DNA of 64,000 nt, taken from contig JANNQV010000015.1 of the NCBI GenBank assembly GCA_031400935.1, positions 62,001 to 126,000 of the forward strand, written 5' to 3'. The notes beneath the pieces are model-generated. The model made no database searches and was not told the origin of the DNA. It saw only the letters and a program-made list of their open reading frames with translations. The stretch comes from Armatimonadota bacterium (GTDB lineage Bacteria > Armatimonadota > Fimbriimonadia > Fimbriimonadales > Fimbriimonadaceae). Numbering within the stretch: the stretch's first letter is position 1; each line of letters begins with the position of its first letter. Positions 1 to 9,531 of this stretch are shown piece by piece. The position numbers were made by a program, and so were the translations under genes.

Positions 1-605
1 TCTTGACCGCAGAAACCGGGGCAGCCACAGATAACCCGCTAGTGTTCGCCGAATCGGGCGATGTCATTTCGGGCGGCAATTTTCATGGCGCACCACTTGC
101 TTACGCTCTTGACTATGCAGCCATCGCGCTTACAGACCTGGCAAGCATTTGCGAAAGGCGGGTAGACCGCCTCGTCAATCCTGACTTGAACGAAGGCCTG
201 CCATCTTTTCTCACGGCTCATTCCGGAGAATCAAGCGGATTCATGATCGCTCACGTTACGGCGGCGGCATTGCTAAGCGAGTGCAAAGTGCTTGCTCATC
301 CCGCTTCGGTTGATAGTGTGCCTACCAGCGGTGGAAAGGAGGACCATGTATCAATGGGAATGACGTCTGCCAACAAGCTGCTCCAAGTCGTAACAAACTT
401 GGAGCGAATCGTCGCCATCGAGTTAGTTGCGGCCGTTCAAGCGGTTGAATTCCGCCGCCCTTTGAAAAGTAGCACTGGAATTGAGAAAGCCATTGCCGTT
501 GTTCGAAGCTTAGTTCCAAAACTCGAAGAGGACCGTTCAATGTCTTCTGAAATCCAACTGGTTGCAAACTCTGTTCGCAATGGAGAATTTCTCCTTTCAG
601 TCTAA
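1..605 (+). CDS. hutH: Histidine ammonia-lyase, C-terminal part (5' end outside window)
   Basis: ORF has DNPLVF, SGGNFHG and EDHVSMG motifs of the HAL/PAL family; hutI is also in the window. Confidence 0.93.
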   Translation, partial: LTAETGAATDNPLVFAESGDVISGGNFHGAPLAYALDYAAIALTDLASICERRVDRLVNPDLNEGLPSFLTAHSGESSGFMIAHVTAAALLSECKVLAHPASVDSVPTSGGKEDHVSMGMTSANKLLQVVTNLERIVAIELVAAVQAVEFRRPLKSSTGIEKAIAVVRSLVPKLEEDRSMSSEIQLVANSVRNGEFLLSV

Positions 606-621
606 ACCTTAGTAGGTTCTC

Positions 622-1194
622 ATGATCAAACTTGGAATCTTGATCGGACCAAAAGGCAGAGGGTCAAATATGCTGGCGATTGCAAATGCTTGTCAGTCTA
701 AGAGAATTGAAGCCTCGATTAAAGTTGTTGTTTCGCCGGTGTCCGAGTCCGATGCTGTGGCCAAGGCAACCGAAATGGGCCTGAGGATCAAGTTTGTGTC
801 ACCAACAAGTGCGAATTATGCGATTGGACTCTTGGCAAGTCTGGAAGGATGCGATCTTGTTTGTCTCGCAGGATTTATGAGACTTCTGCCAGCCGAGGTT
901 CTCAGCGCATTTCCAAACCGAATTCTGAACATTCACCCAGCACTTCTTCCCAAATTCGGCGGAAAAGGAATGTACGGGAATCACGTCCACGAGGCAGTTA
1001 TTGCGGCTGGCGAAACTGAGTCCGGTTGCACCGTTCATTTCGTCTCTGACAGATATGACGAAGGCGAAGTAATTTTGCAAAGGCGCTGCGCGGTCTTGCC
1101 GAGCGACACGATCGAAACCCTTGCAGCAAGAGTGCTAACTGAAGAGCATTTGGCTTATCCTGAGGCGATTCGAAAGGTGATTGAAAATCTGTGA
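622..1194 (+). CDS. purN: Phosphoribosylglycinamide formyltransferase
   Basis: GRGSNM, LAGFMRLL, NIHPALLPKFGG and GCTVHFV motifs; 190 aa. Confidence 0.95.
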   Translation: MIKLGILIGPKGRGSNMLAIANACQSKRIEASIKVVVSPVSESDAVAKATEMGLRIKFVSPTSANYAIGLLASLEGCDLVCLAGFMRLLPAEVLSAFPNRILNIHPALLPKFGGKGMYGNHVHEAVIAAGETESGCTVHFVSDRYDEGEVILQRRCAVLPSDTIETLAARVLTEEHLAYPEAIRKVIENL

Positions 1195-1811
1195 GCATTA
1201 ATCTTGAATTCCAAAAACCGTGGGTAACTAGGCTCCTATTGCCAATTTGCCGAGTGTTTGGATTTCTGCTTTTTCTCATCCTTGGACCGATACGGGCAAC
1301 TGGAAAATACAGAGTTCCAAAATCCGGCGGACTACTGATTCTTGCCAACCACCGTGCCGACATTGATCCTATAGTCATGCAGTTTGTTTGCCCGCGCGAA
1401 ATCTACTTTATGGCAAAGAGCGAACTGTTTGATATGAAGATTCTCGGTGAAGGAATTCGGTGGTTTTGCGCTTTTCCTGTCAAGAGAGGTGAGCCTGACC
1501 GCGATGCAATCAAGAAAGCTGTTGCATATCTTCAGGCTGGAAAGGTCGTTTGCGTATTCCCCGAAGGCCAGCTGAGCGAGACGGGCGAGCTTCAGGAATT
1601 AAAAGCAGGTGTTGCCCTGATCGCTCGAATGGCAGATTGTCCCGTGCTTTGTTGTAGATTGCAAAATACGGATTTGGTCATGCCGTATGGAGCGGTCATT
1701 CCTAGACCGTCACTTCATTTCGTTCGCGCTGGTTGGGGAGAGTGTCGCAAGTTCGACAAGCACGTTAAGGTAGAAGAATTTCTGGCATGGGTCACAGCGG
1801 AGTTGAGCTGA
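1191..1811 (+). CDS. plsC: 1-acyl-sn-glycerol-3-phosphate (lysophospholipid) acyltransferase
   Basis: NHxxxxD (NHRADID) and FPEG motifs; GTGA overlap with purN stop. Confidence 0.85.
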   Translation: MSINLEFQKPWVTRLLLPICRVFGFLLFLILGPIRATGKYRVPKSGGLLILANHRADIDPIVMQFVCPREIYFMAKSELFDMKILGEGIRWFCAFPVKRGEPDRDAIKKAVAYLQAGKVVCVFPEGQLSETGELQELKAGVALIARMADCPVLCCRLQNTDLVMPYGAVIPRPSLHFVRAGWGECRKFDKHVKVEEFLAWVTAELS

Positions 1812-1813
1812 CT

Positions 1814-2386
1814 TCAGCCCCGAAACTTGAACGGCTTTCCTAAAGCATCGTTGAAAATCTTGGTTTGTGCTTCGTCCAGAATTTTCAGTAAGTTCTGACC
1901 GTCTTCTATCCTCTTTTTTGCCATATTCTTCATAGTACTGTTCGAAACTTTACCACTAGTCATGGACTCCATCATGGCTTCCTGGGCAGCCTTTGTGCCT
2001 GCTGCAACTTGTTCCGCTTGTGCCTCAGTTAGCTTTAGAAGGGCCGCGATTCGAGCATCGGACAATGAAAACCCATTGTTCGCTTGCATGTAGATTCCGT
2101 CTAAGCGAAGCATCTGCTCTGGTGATAGAATCGTCAACAATTTGGGTTCAAGATGCGCCAGCGGATTCATCATATCAAATCCATCTGGCAGCTTGGTTTT
2201 CATTTCTTCAGCTCCGGTAGTCAAGAGATTCTGGATCGCTTTGTCTTGGTCTTTGGAAATCTTTACTTCCTTTTTGACGCTCGGGTCAGAAATCAGCATG
2301 ATTCGTGCTGTCAAGCCCATCGGGTTTCTCTGGGAAGTTGCGTAGCCAGCAATCGAAATTGCGAGAAGTGCAATTAGAACTTTCAT
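1814..2386 (-). CDS. Hypothetical secreted helical protein
   Basis: Signal-peptide-like N-terminus; two helical repeats of the L-x-L-T/S-x-x-Q type (Spy/CpxP-like pattern). Confidence 0.7.
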   Translation of the reverse strand: MKVLIALLAISIAGYATSQRNPMGLTARIMLISDPSVKKEVKISKDQDKAIQNLLTTGAEEMKTKLPDGFDMMNPLAHLEPKLLTILSPEQMLRLDGIYMQANNGFSLSDARIAALLKLTEAQAEQVAAGTKAAQEAMMESMTSGKVSNSTMKNMAKKRIEDGQNLLKILDEAQTKIFNDALGKPFKFRG

Positions 2387-2425
2387 GATTTTAGTCTAGT
2401 CGAAAACTACCGCAATATCCTACGT

Positions 2426-3424
2426 TTATTGAGAAATACCCATTAATTTGTCATAAGCATCATAAAACCGCTTCGCCTTTTCATTGCTTCGATTCCACTC
2501 AGGAGCCTTGGCGCTGTTCGCCAAATCTCGAATTCCAGCCGCTGTAGATTGCACGATTTTCGCCATGTTTTCTGAATGAATCTTAGTCCATTCGTCGCCT
2601 GGTTTATGATAGTCGGGAAAGGAGTAGGCCGTGCTGATTGTATGAGCGACCACCCCCGCGGCAGCAAAAGCAGCATTGTCGCTTGCCGAAAAATAGGGAG
2701 AAGAGAGCTTAGGATGCATCGTGACTTTTACTCCCAACGGCTTCGCTGCGCTTTCGAAAAAGGAGGCCATACTGCTGTAGTCAAATCCGGTCAAGTTAAA
2801 TTCGGCAACTCGGGGGCCTTCGTCGTCATCGGTGCGCCCGATCTGTTCTAAATTTACGTTGGCAATAGTCTGTTTCAATGGAAATGAAGGATTCTGAACA
2901 TAAGAGCGCGATCCTTGCAGTCCAGCCTCTTCGCCCCAAAAACAGATGAAAACTACGCTTCTTTTCAAGTTCAATGATTTGAGGGCACGAGCGACTTCGA
3001 TCACCCCGCTTGTGCCGCTACCGTTATCATTTGCGCCGTTCCAAATCTGGTCTCCTTCGCCTTCGCGTTTGCCAAGATGGTCGTAATGTGCCGTGACCAA
3101 AATGTAAGTGTCTTTCAGCTTTGGATCGGTGCCTCTCAAAAGGCCAATGACGTTGGAAACCTTGCCTGTAACATTGTTGCGTCGAGAAGTGAATTCAGAA
3201 GTGACGAAATAACTCTTTTCCGATACTGGTGCAAGCCCGATGGAGTGAAACTGCGATGCGATGTACTCGGCAGCCAGGTCAAGCCCTCTCGATGGTGTGC
3301 CTCTGCCTTCTAACAAATCGCTTGCTAAAAAGCGAATGTGCGAAAGGCATGACTCCGGCGTGATAGTTGGGAATGTCTGCTTTTGAGCTAAAGCAAGTGA
3401 AACAAGGGCTAGTGCGGTTGTCAT
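2426..3424 (-). CDS. M28 family metallopeptidase, secreted
   Basis: AHYDHLG, GANDNGSG, GEEAGL, SDNAAF and DYHKPGD motifs; signal peptide. Confidence 0.9.
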   Translation of the reverse strand: MTTALALVSLALAQKQTFPTITPESCLSHIRFLASDLLEGRGTPSRGLDLAAEYIASQFHSIGLAPVSEKSYFVTSEFTSRRNNVTGKVSNVIGLLRGTDPKLKDTYILVTAHYDHLGKREGEGDQIWNGANDNGSGTSGVIEVARALKSLNLKRSVVFICFWGEEAGLQGSRSYVQNPSFPLKQTIANVNLEQIGRTDDDEGPRVAEFNLTGFDYSSMASFFESAAKPLGVKVTMHPKLSSPYFSASDNAAFAAAGVVAHTISTAYSFPDYHKPGDEWTKIHSENMAKIVQSTAAGIRDLANSAKAPEWNRSNEKAKRFYDAYDKLMGISQ

Positions 3425-3462
3425 TGAAGTTTCATAGTATACGGATTCGCAAGCCTAAGAGT

Positions 3463-3658
3463 CTGCAAGTGGTTGGCAAGTTGTTGGCAGGTAGCCGGCA
3501 AGTGGTTGGCAGTTAGTGTTTGGCGCGTTGGGGTTTAGGGTTTGGGGTGTAGGTTCAATGCTCGGAATTACGACAAAATCCACGATCGGAATTTGTTTTC
3601 CAAGAACGAGTATTTCCCTAGTGATACTAAACCCCATACCCTATATCCTAATCCCCAA
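3463..3658. repeat. Polarised tandem arrays: 11-mer TTGGCAAGTGG and 7-mer GGGTTTA/G left; 7-mer A(A/T)ACCCC right
   Basis: Direct reading. Confidence 0.85.
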
Positions 3659-4564
3659 CTACTCTCCAACCATCTCCCAAATCGTCTTCGGCCAATCGTC
3701 TTTCAAGAGTCGCGAAAGCGACCGATCCGCCAAAACGCGTCCTTCGTTTTGGCACTTTACGCAGTAGTTGGTCTCATTTTCAGCATATTGGATTCGCTGA
3801 ATCGGCAGGCCGCAATCAGGACAAGGCTTTCCGAATTTCCCATGAGCTGCAAAATCGGGACGAAAAGCCGTGATTTGCCCGCGATCTGGAAATCTGCCCT
3901 TGAACTCCTTTCTGAGCCGATCTGTCCATTCGTTTAAGGTGCTTTGTGTCGCGATGTAAAGCCGTTCGATTTCGTCCGGCTTCAGTGCCTGAGTCAGTCT
4001 GACCGGCGAAAGTCTGGCGGCATGAAGAATTTCGTCGGAGTACGCATTCCCGATTCCAGAAAACGCTTTTGGATTTGTCAAAGCGCGCTTCAACGTTCGA
4101 TTTTCGCGGACCAAAACCTCCCGAAATTCCTCAATTGAGCAATCATGTGGTTCGATACCCTGCGCATTAAATTGAGTTAGGTTTTCTAAACCTTGAACCG
4201 CATGAAGCGTTGCCCTTTTGTGGGAGCTTGCTTCTGTGAACAGCAACATTCCATTTTCAAAATCAAATGCAGCTTGCCCCGGTTTCCCACCTGGTTTCCC
4301 ACCACCATCTCCCGGTTTTCGCCAAAGCAAACGCCCCGAAATCATCAAGTGGATCACCAAAAATAGCTCATCTTCGAACCCAAGAACAATGCGTTTGCCC
4401 ATTCGCTCAACGCTTTGAAGTTGCTTACCGCTGAATATGGAAATCGGCGGAGCTACTGATCGAAGGATGAAAGGAGTCAGGCATCGGACTCGACTAAGCT
4501 TTTGCCCAAGAACGAATTCGCGAAGCGATTCGACGTAGATGGTAACGTCGGGGAGTTCAGGCAT
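3659..4564 (-). CDS. Fpg/Nei family DNA glycosylase/AP lyase
   Basis: N-terminal PELPDV, HLMISG, H2TH motif GIGNAYSDE, C-terminal CxxC...CxxCQ zinc finger. Confidence 0.92.
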   Translation of the reverse strand: MPELPDVTIYVESLREFVLGQKLSRVRCLTPFILRSVAPPISIFSGKQLQSVERMGKRIVLGFEDELFLVIHLMISGRLLWRKPGDGGGKPGGKPGQAAFDFENGMLLFTEASSHKRATLHAVQGLENLTQFNAQGIEPHDCSIEEFREVLVRENRTLKRALTNPKAFSGIGNAYSDEILHAARLSPVRLTQALKPDEIERLYIATQSTLNEWTDRLRKEFKGRFPDRGQITAFRPDFAAHGKFGKPCPDCGLPIQRIQYAENETNYCVKCQNEGRVLADRSLSRLLKDDWPKTIWEMVGE

Positions 4565-4567
4565 GCC

Positions 4568-5821
4568 CTATTTCGCGATAACTTTTTCTACGATCCTCGC
4601 AGCCTCAACGAGTTCTTCTTCCGAATTAAGAATATCTGGCCCGAAACGAACGCAGTTGTTTCGCGAATCCGTGTTGACTCCCGCCGCCTTTAGCAATTTG
4701 CAAATTTCCGCGGGATCGGCTGCCGGAACAAGTGAGAATCCACCAAATGAGTCAGCATCAGCAGGAACAAAGCAAAAAACTCCATTCGCAACAAACGCCT
4801 CTCGGAGAATTGCCTGCTGCCTCAAATTGTATTCTCGCAAGCGTTCGACGCCAAGAGCAAGCGTTAACTCTAAGCCTGAAGCGGCCTGATACATGACGAG
4901 CACAGGCGGAGTTGATTCGAGCCAGGAATCGCCCCCTTCTGCAAGTTCAGGCTCGTCCGATCGTTTGTAAGAAAATTTGTCTTTCTTGGCAAACCAGCCG
5001 GTATCCAGAGTCCGCAACGGCGTGTTAAGATGCCGAGGATGTATGGCAAGCCAGCACGCGCCAGGGCCCCCGCGCGTGTATTTGTAGGAGCCTCCAATCA
5101 TAAAGTCCGCACCCGATGATTCAAACTCGACTGGAATGACCCCGACCGCGTGATAAGCGTCAATCAGGCACATCGCCCCAACTCGATGCGCCGCTTCAAT
5201 GATCTCATTTACATTTGAAACAATCTGCCCTGTCGAAAACATGACCAGGGAAACAACAACCAAATCTGTACCGTGGCGAATTGCCTCGAAAACTGATTCG
5301 GAATCAATGATTGGAACTCCTTGATCGTCACATGAAGGCTCTACCCAAGTCACGTCTGCCTTTCGTTTCTTTGTGTAGGTTTTCAATATGAAATCAATGC
5401 TGTCGAACTCGCCACGAGTGGCAACGACCCGAATTGGTCGAGAACTCCCATCCTTGGGCAAAGCGTTCAAGACCGCTCGTAAGCCCTGACCTGCCGATGT
5501 CTTCGGAATCACTGCGCTCGCATCGGAAAGTCCGATCAGTTGAGCAACCTGAGAGCGAAACAGTGATATTGCAGCTGGCCAAGCGTCGTCTTTCCACGAA
5601 TCGTCCATCCGCGAATACCAGAGGTCAAGCCCCTCGCGAATATCCTGTTCCATCTGGTCAAGCGGTCTGCCGAGTGAATGATTCGCCAGATAGATTTCGT
5701 TTCTCTTGCGATCACCTTCAAGCACTCTCGAAAATAGAGGCCAAATGTGCTCTTTCAGCCCATCTTCTGTTAGCGGGCCCGCTCCTACTTTTGCGACCTG
5801 AGTTTCGATGTCTAGGCTCAC
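4568..5821 (-). CDS. kynU: Kynureninase-like PLP enzyme (aminotransferase class V)
   Basis: [15 protein letters not shown] and [11 protein letters not shown] motifs; translationally coupled to kynA. Confidence 0.75.
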   Translation of the reverse strand: MSLDIETQVAKVGAGPLTEDGLKEHIWPLFSRVLEGDRKRNEIYLANHSLGRPLDQMEQDIREGLDLWYSRMDDSWKDDAWPAAISLFRSQVAQLIGLSDASAVIPKTSAGQGLRAVLNALPKDGSSRPIRVVATRGEFDSIDFILKTYTKKRKADVTWVEPSCDDQGVPIIDSESVFEAIRHGTDLVVVSLVMFSTGQIVSNVNEIIEAAHRVGAMCLIDAYHAVGVIPVEFESSGADFMIGGSYKYTRGGPGACWLAIHPRHLNTPLRTLDTGWFAKKDKFSYKRSDEPELAEGGDSWLESTPPVLVMYQAASGLELTLALGVERLREYNLRQQAILREAFVANGVFCFVPADADSFGGFSLVPAADPAEICKLLKAAGVNTDSRNNCVRFGPDILNSEEELVEAARIVEKVIAK

Positions 5822-6660
5822 GTGCCGATTTCCGTCCTCACGTCCCAGAGTTCTGGAAACAGCCTAATCATAAGTCCTTGCCGAAGAAACGGAACTCCAG
5901 AACTACCTCCGGAGCCTCTTTTGAATCCAATGATTCGTTCTACAGTTTTGACGTGCCGGAATCGCCACAAAGCGAACTGTTCTTCAACATCAACAAGCTT
6001 TTCGCACATTTCGTACGCATCCCAATATTCTCTCGGATTGTCGTAAACGATCTTGAAGACTTGAATCAGTTCCTCGCTTTCTTCATAAGGCGCGGACCAA
6101 TCACGTTCTATCGAAGCTTGTGGAACCTTGAATCCTCGTCGGGCTAACAGTCGAAGAAACTCGTCGTACAAACTTGGTGTATTCAGCAATTCCATCAATT
6201 CTGAATGGATTTCTGGCTGATGCTGAAACACCTTTACCGACTTTGCATCTTTGTTTCCGAGAAGGAATTCAATCATCCGATTCTGAAACGACTGCAGCCC
6301 GCTTGCCTGTCCCAAAACGTGCCGAAATTGGCTGTACTCGCTGGGCGTAAGCGTTTCCAAAACCGCCCATTGTTCAAAGAGCATTCGCTGAATCTGCTTG
6401 ACGCGAGCGAGGATTTTGAAACAGGGTTCAAGTTCGTCCTTCTTTACATGTTCCACGGCAGCTCGAAGCTCGTGCACGGCTAATTTCATCCAGAGTTCCG
6501 AAGTCTGGTGCTGAATGATGAACAGCATCTCGTCGTGATGTTCGGGCACGGAAAGCGGCTCTTGGGCATTGAGAATGCGGTCGAGGTGCAAATACCCGCT
6601 GTAGTCGAGCCTCGACTTGAAATCGGTTTGTATCGTCTCTTCAAATTCTCGCTCAGCCAT
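5818..6660 (-). CDS. kynA: Tryptophan 2,3-dioxygenase
   Basis: [24 protein letters not shown] and [14 protein letters not shown] motifs. Confidence 0.95.
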   Translation of the reverse strand: MAEREFEETIQTDFKSRLDYSGYLHLDRILNAQEPLSVPEHHDEMLFIIQHQTSELWMKLAVHELRAAVEHVKKDELEPCFKILARVKQIQRMLFEQWAVLETLTPSEYSQFRHVLGQASGLQSFQNRMIEFLLGNKDAKSVKVFQHQPEIHSELMELLNTPSLYDEFLRLLARRGFKVPQASIERDWSAPYEESEELIQVFKIVYDNPREYWDAYEMCEKLVDVEEQFALWRFRHVKTVERIIGFKRGSGGSSGVPFLRQGLMIRLFPELWDVRTEIGT

Positions 6661-6707
6661 GGGTTTCCTAGTGCAACGCTATCACTTATATTCTACTGAG
6701 CCTAGAT

Positions 6708-7151
6708 CTACCCAGGCATTGCAAAGAAGAACCCTAACATCGCAATGGCAAAATACCCTGCCAAGCTTGCCGCACCTGCATAGTCCTTTGCCATTCTTTG
6801 GCCAAGGAACAGTTGAAGCAACGCAAAGCTGACAATACAAAGAGCAAGATTCAATTCGGGCCATCCCATTATAGAGCTTGGATCGGGAAGTACTTGGTGA
6901 ATGACCTGCAAGGACACGAGTGCCCATACACATGCTGCCCCGGCTGCCAATTCAACAATAGTGATAATCGTCAACAAGAAGGGCACAAATTTCTTGAATG
7001 GAGATTTTGCGAAGTGTGGGATCATCCAATCCAAATTGCCTTTTCGGTCAATTACTTTATCTCCCCCGGATTGAAGGAATAAGATCGCAAAGAACACCAT
7101 GATTGCGACTTTGGCAAGGAAAATTGGTTGGATAGTCCGAAAAAACTCCAT
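6708..7151 (-). CDS. DoxX-family membrane protein
   Basis: FLQSGxDK..D.KGN and GQRMAKDY.GAA motifs; about 4 TM segments. Confidence 0.75.
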   Translation of the reverse strand: MEFFRTIQPIFLAKVAIMVFFAILFLQSGGDKVIDRKGNLDWMIPHFAKSPFKKFVPFLLTIITIVELAAGAACVWALVSLQVIHQVLPDPSSIMGWPELNLALCIVSFALLQLFLGQRMAKDYAGAASLAGYFAIAMLGFFFAMPG

Positions 7152-7175
7152 AAACTTGCGACGAGAAAGGGGGCT

Positions 7176-7324
7176 GTTTGTTATCGGTTGTCAGTTATCA
7201 GATGGCGGTTAGCAGTCGTCAGGCTGAGGAGACGCATTATGTTGTAACCAGGTTGCACTGTCGCTTCTCCGCTCTGCATCCAAGCATCTTCCTTCTCCAT
7301 CCAGTCCATCGAATCCATACAAAC
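7176..7324. repeat. Polarised arrays: 7-mer (GTTATCG/GTTGTCA) left; 9-mer TCCATCCAG right
   Basis: Direct reading. Confidence 0.7.
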
Positions 7325-7365
7325 AAAAAAGGAACCCGGACTAAGAGGGAGAGTTCTTAGCCGGG
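7325..7365 (-). terminator. Rho-independent terminator candidate downstream of msrB
   Basis: Minus strand CCCGG-CTAAGA(loop)TCTTAG-T-CCGGG stem followed by TTCCTTTTTT. Confidence 0.65.
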
Positions 7366-7417
7366 CCATTGAGAAAAAGGATAATCGACTGAATTCAAGT
7401 ACCAAAAGGCAAGAAAA

Positions 7418-7957
7418 TCATTCCTTCTTTTTTAAGAAGGTCAAACTGTCCGAATTGATACAAAATCTCTTTCCTGTCGGTTTTGGCCCGTCAGGAAATA
7501 CGTGTCCGAGGTGTCCGTCGCAACGTGCGCACATGACTTCGTCGCGGCTCATTCCGTAGCTAAAATCGCTCTTAACCCAGATGTTTTTGTCCAAAACTGG
7601 CTGGAAAAAGCTGGGCCAACCTGTTCCAGAATGAAATTTCGCATCGGACTTAAAAAGCTCCAACTTGCATCCAGCGCAAAAATAAGTGCCTTCTTCCTTG
7701 GTGTCGTGGAAAAGGCCGCAAAACGCTGCTTCCGTTCCTTTTTTCCTCAAAATCCGATACTGTTCCGGCTTCAAAATCTTCTGCCATTCGGCGTCAGATT
7801 TGATCACTTTGTCCTTTCGCTTAGGCGAACCTGCCTCGGTACCGGCGACCCCGCCTTCTTCGTCAACTTTCATAACTCTGGGCTCCCTTTGTTGTAGCAT
7901 GGCATATCCAAAAACGGCTGCCAAACCAACTCCTGCGATTAGTAACATTGTTTTCAT
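7418..7957 (-). CDS. msrB: Peptide-methionine (R)-S-oxide reductase with N-terminal signal/anchor
   Basis: GTE, CxxC, SGTGWPSF, HLGHVF.DGP and RFCINS motifs. Confidence 0.95.
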   Translation of the reverse strand: MKTMLLIAGVGLAAVFGYAMLQQREPRVMKVDEEGGVAGTEAGSPKRKDKVIKSDAEWQKILKPEQYRILRKKGTEAAFCGLFHDTKEEGTYFCAGCKLELFKSDAKFHSGTGWPSFFQPVLDKNIWVKSDFSYGMSRDEVMCARCDGHLGHVFPDGPKPTGKRFCINSDSLTFLKKKE

Positions 7958-8027
7958 GGCTGCTTCCTATTGTAGTTCAACATGAGAGGAAATGCGGATT
8001 TTGGTTTTAAGTTCCCTCCAATGGGAT

Positions 8028-8200
8028 TGTTGGCAAGTGCTGGCAAGTAGTTTGCAAGTAGCAGGCGGTGGGCGGTCAGCAGTTGGCAGTCTGCGGATGC
8101 CAGCAAGCAATTTGTCCAATTCGCAAGCAATGAAGCTAAACATTAGCTGTCAAATCCTTGCCGAATATTAAATTGCGGATACCGCCAACTGCCAACAAAC
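8028..8200. repeat. Polarised arrays: 10/11-mer TGGCAAGT.. and 7-mer GGCAGTT left; 7-mer AACTGCC right
   Basis: Direct reading. Confidence 0.8.
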
Positions 8201-8203
8201 CGG

Positions 8204-9070
8204 CTAGGATTTCGGATGCGCCTTGCCAACAGCCTCCCTGAGCCTTTCAATACTGACATGGGTATAGACTTGCGTTGTTGCCAGACTTTCATGACCAAGT
8301 AATTGCTGTACAGTCTTCAGATCGGCACCACGGTCAAGCAAATGCGTCGCAAAGCTATGCCGTAGGGTATGTGGTGAGGTGTCTTCTGGCAATCCCGCCT
8401 GAACTGCCCACCGCTTGATAATGTTTTGAATTGAACGAGTCGTTAATCTGCCGCCCCTTTGATTCGTAAAAAGCGGCTGCGATGGGTCGGTGCAACTCCG
8501 TTCAGCCGCTTCATATTCTTTGATCACAGCCTCCGCGGTTTTTCCAAACAGCACGATTCTTTCCTTGTTTCCCTTTCCAAAGACACGGATCGAACCCTCT
8601 CGAAAATCAATCTGATTGAGGTTCAATGAAGCAGTTTCGGCGGCACGAAGTCCGGTGGAATACATAATCTCAAGTAGGGCATGGTCACGCAAAGGAGTGG
8701 ACGAAAAGTCGCCGATCTGATCGAGCATCTGAGCCGTTTGAGGCTGGTTGAGTGCTTTGGGTAATCGTCTTCGGCGAATGGGTGCTTCAAGGAGCTCTGT
8801 CGGATCGTTTTCAAGCCAACCACGCTCGCGGCAAAACCTCGCAAATTGCCGAAGAACCGTCAGTTTTCTGGCTCTAGTAGATGCCTTTCCTCCATACGTC
8901 CGTAAATAAGATTGCAACAATTGTGCACTCCAGTCCCAATGACCTTCGAGATGCAGGGTTAACTGACTTAGATCGGCTCCATACGACTTAACAGTATGCG
9001 CCGATCTGCGCGCACCAAGATGCTCTAAAAATAGCTGGACTCTCTCTGCAAACAAATTTCGATCAGCCAT
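8204..9070 (-). CDS. xerC: XerC/XerD-type tyrosine recombinase
   Basis: Intact catalytic set: GLRAAE, GKGNKER, HTLRHSFATH, LGH, TTQVY; 288 aa. XerC versus XerD assignment is uncertain. Confidence 0.8.
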   Translation of the reverse strand: MADRNLFAERVQLFLEHLGARRSAHTVKSYGADLSQLTLHLEGHWDWSAQLLQSYLRTYGGKASTRARKLTVLRQFARFCRERGWLENDPTELLEAPIRRRRLPKALNQPQTAQMLDQIGDFSSTPLRDHALLEIMYSTGLRAAETASLNLNQIDFREGSIRVFGKGNKERIVLFGKTAEAVIKEYEAAERSCTDPSQPLFTNQRGGRLTTRSIQNIIKRWAVQAGLPEDTSPHTLRHSFATHLLDRGADLKTVQQLLGHESLATTQVYTHVSIERLREAVGKAHPKS

Positions 9071-9095
9071 GGCCTCTAAAGTAGGACGATTTAGA

Positions 9096-9461
9096 TTAGA
9101 CCCAGGTGCTTGCCCTTCTGAAAATCTTGGCGGTTACCGGCCTTCTCAAATGCGCAAACACAAAATCCGGCCAACCCGCCATGAAATCTAGCTCGTAGTC
9201 GTCGGGTGGTGCGATCAAAACGAGGGGTGTGTCGGCTGCGACGGAATGTGCCATTTTGAGTTGAGCAAATGCTTCATATCCGCTGATCTTGTGGGGTTCA
9301 TCGAGTGTAGCAAGCAGGTCAACAAACAGAATGTCGGTAGCGGAGCAGGCATCCAGTGCAGCTTCAATGCTGGAAAATATCTCAAACGTGTCAGAAGGAT
9401 GAAATCCTTCTCGCGCAGAATCTGCCATCTCTTCTTCCTGGGTCAGCAATATAAACTTCAT
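9096..9461 (-). CDS. Hypothetical protein with receiver-domain-like pattern
   Basis: MKFILLTQEE...DILFVDL...SGYE...TPLVLI resembles a CheY-like fold; start moved to ATG 9461. Confidence 0.6.
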   Translation of the reverse strand: MKFILLTQEEEMADSAREGFHPSDTFEIFSSIEAALDACSATDILFVDLLATLDEPHKISGYEAFAQLKMAHSVAADTPLVLIAPPDDYELDFMAGWPDFVFAHLRRPVTAKIFRRASTWV

Positions 9462-9531
9462 CGAAACACGAACTCCATGATACACCGGGAATCACAAAAG
9501 TCGGTGTTTCAGTAATGAAAAACAGAAACTT

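Noticed and set aside
3455..3767. Short ORFs over repeat gaps (e.g. 3455-3637, 3516-3767, 11197-11424, 13787-13987, 48495-48710, 63048-63266)
   Set aside because: These are translations of tandem repeats that lack stops; no start context or family motifs
5434..6147. Long antisense ORFs (5434-6147, 15762-16322, 27683-28258, 28454-29050, 33501-34040)
   Set aside because: Shadow frames opposite well-supported genes, with no motifs
8204..9070. Tyrosine recombinase as a prophage or island integrase
   Set aside because: Size and motifs fit housekeeping XerC/D; no att-like duplication and no phage or conjugation genes nearby
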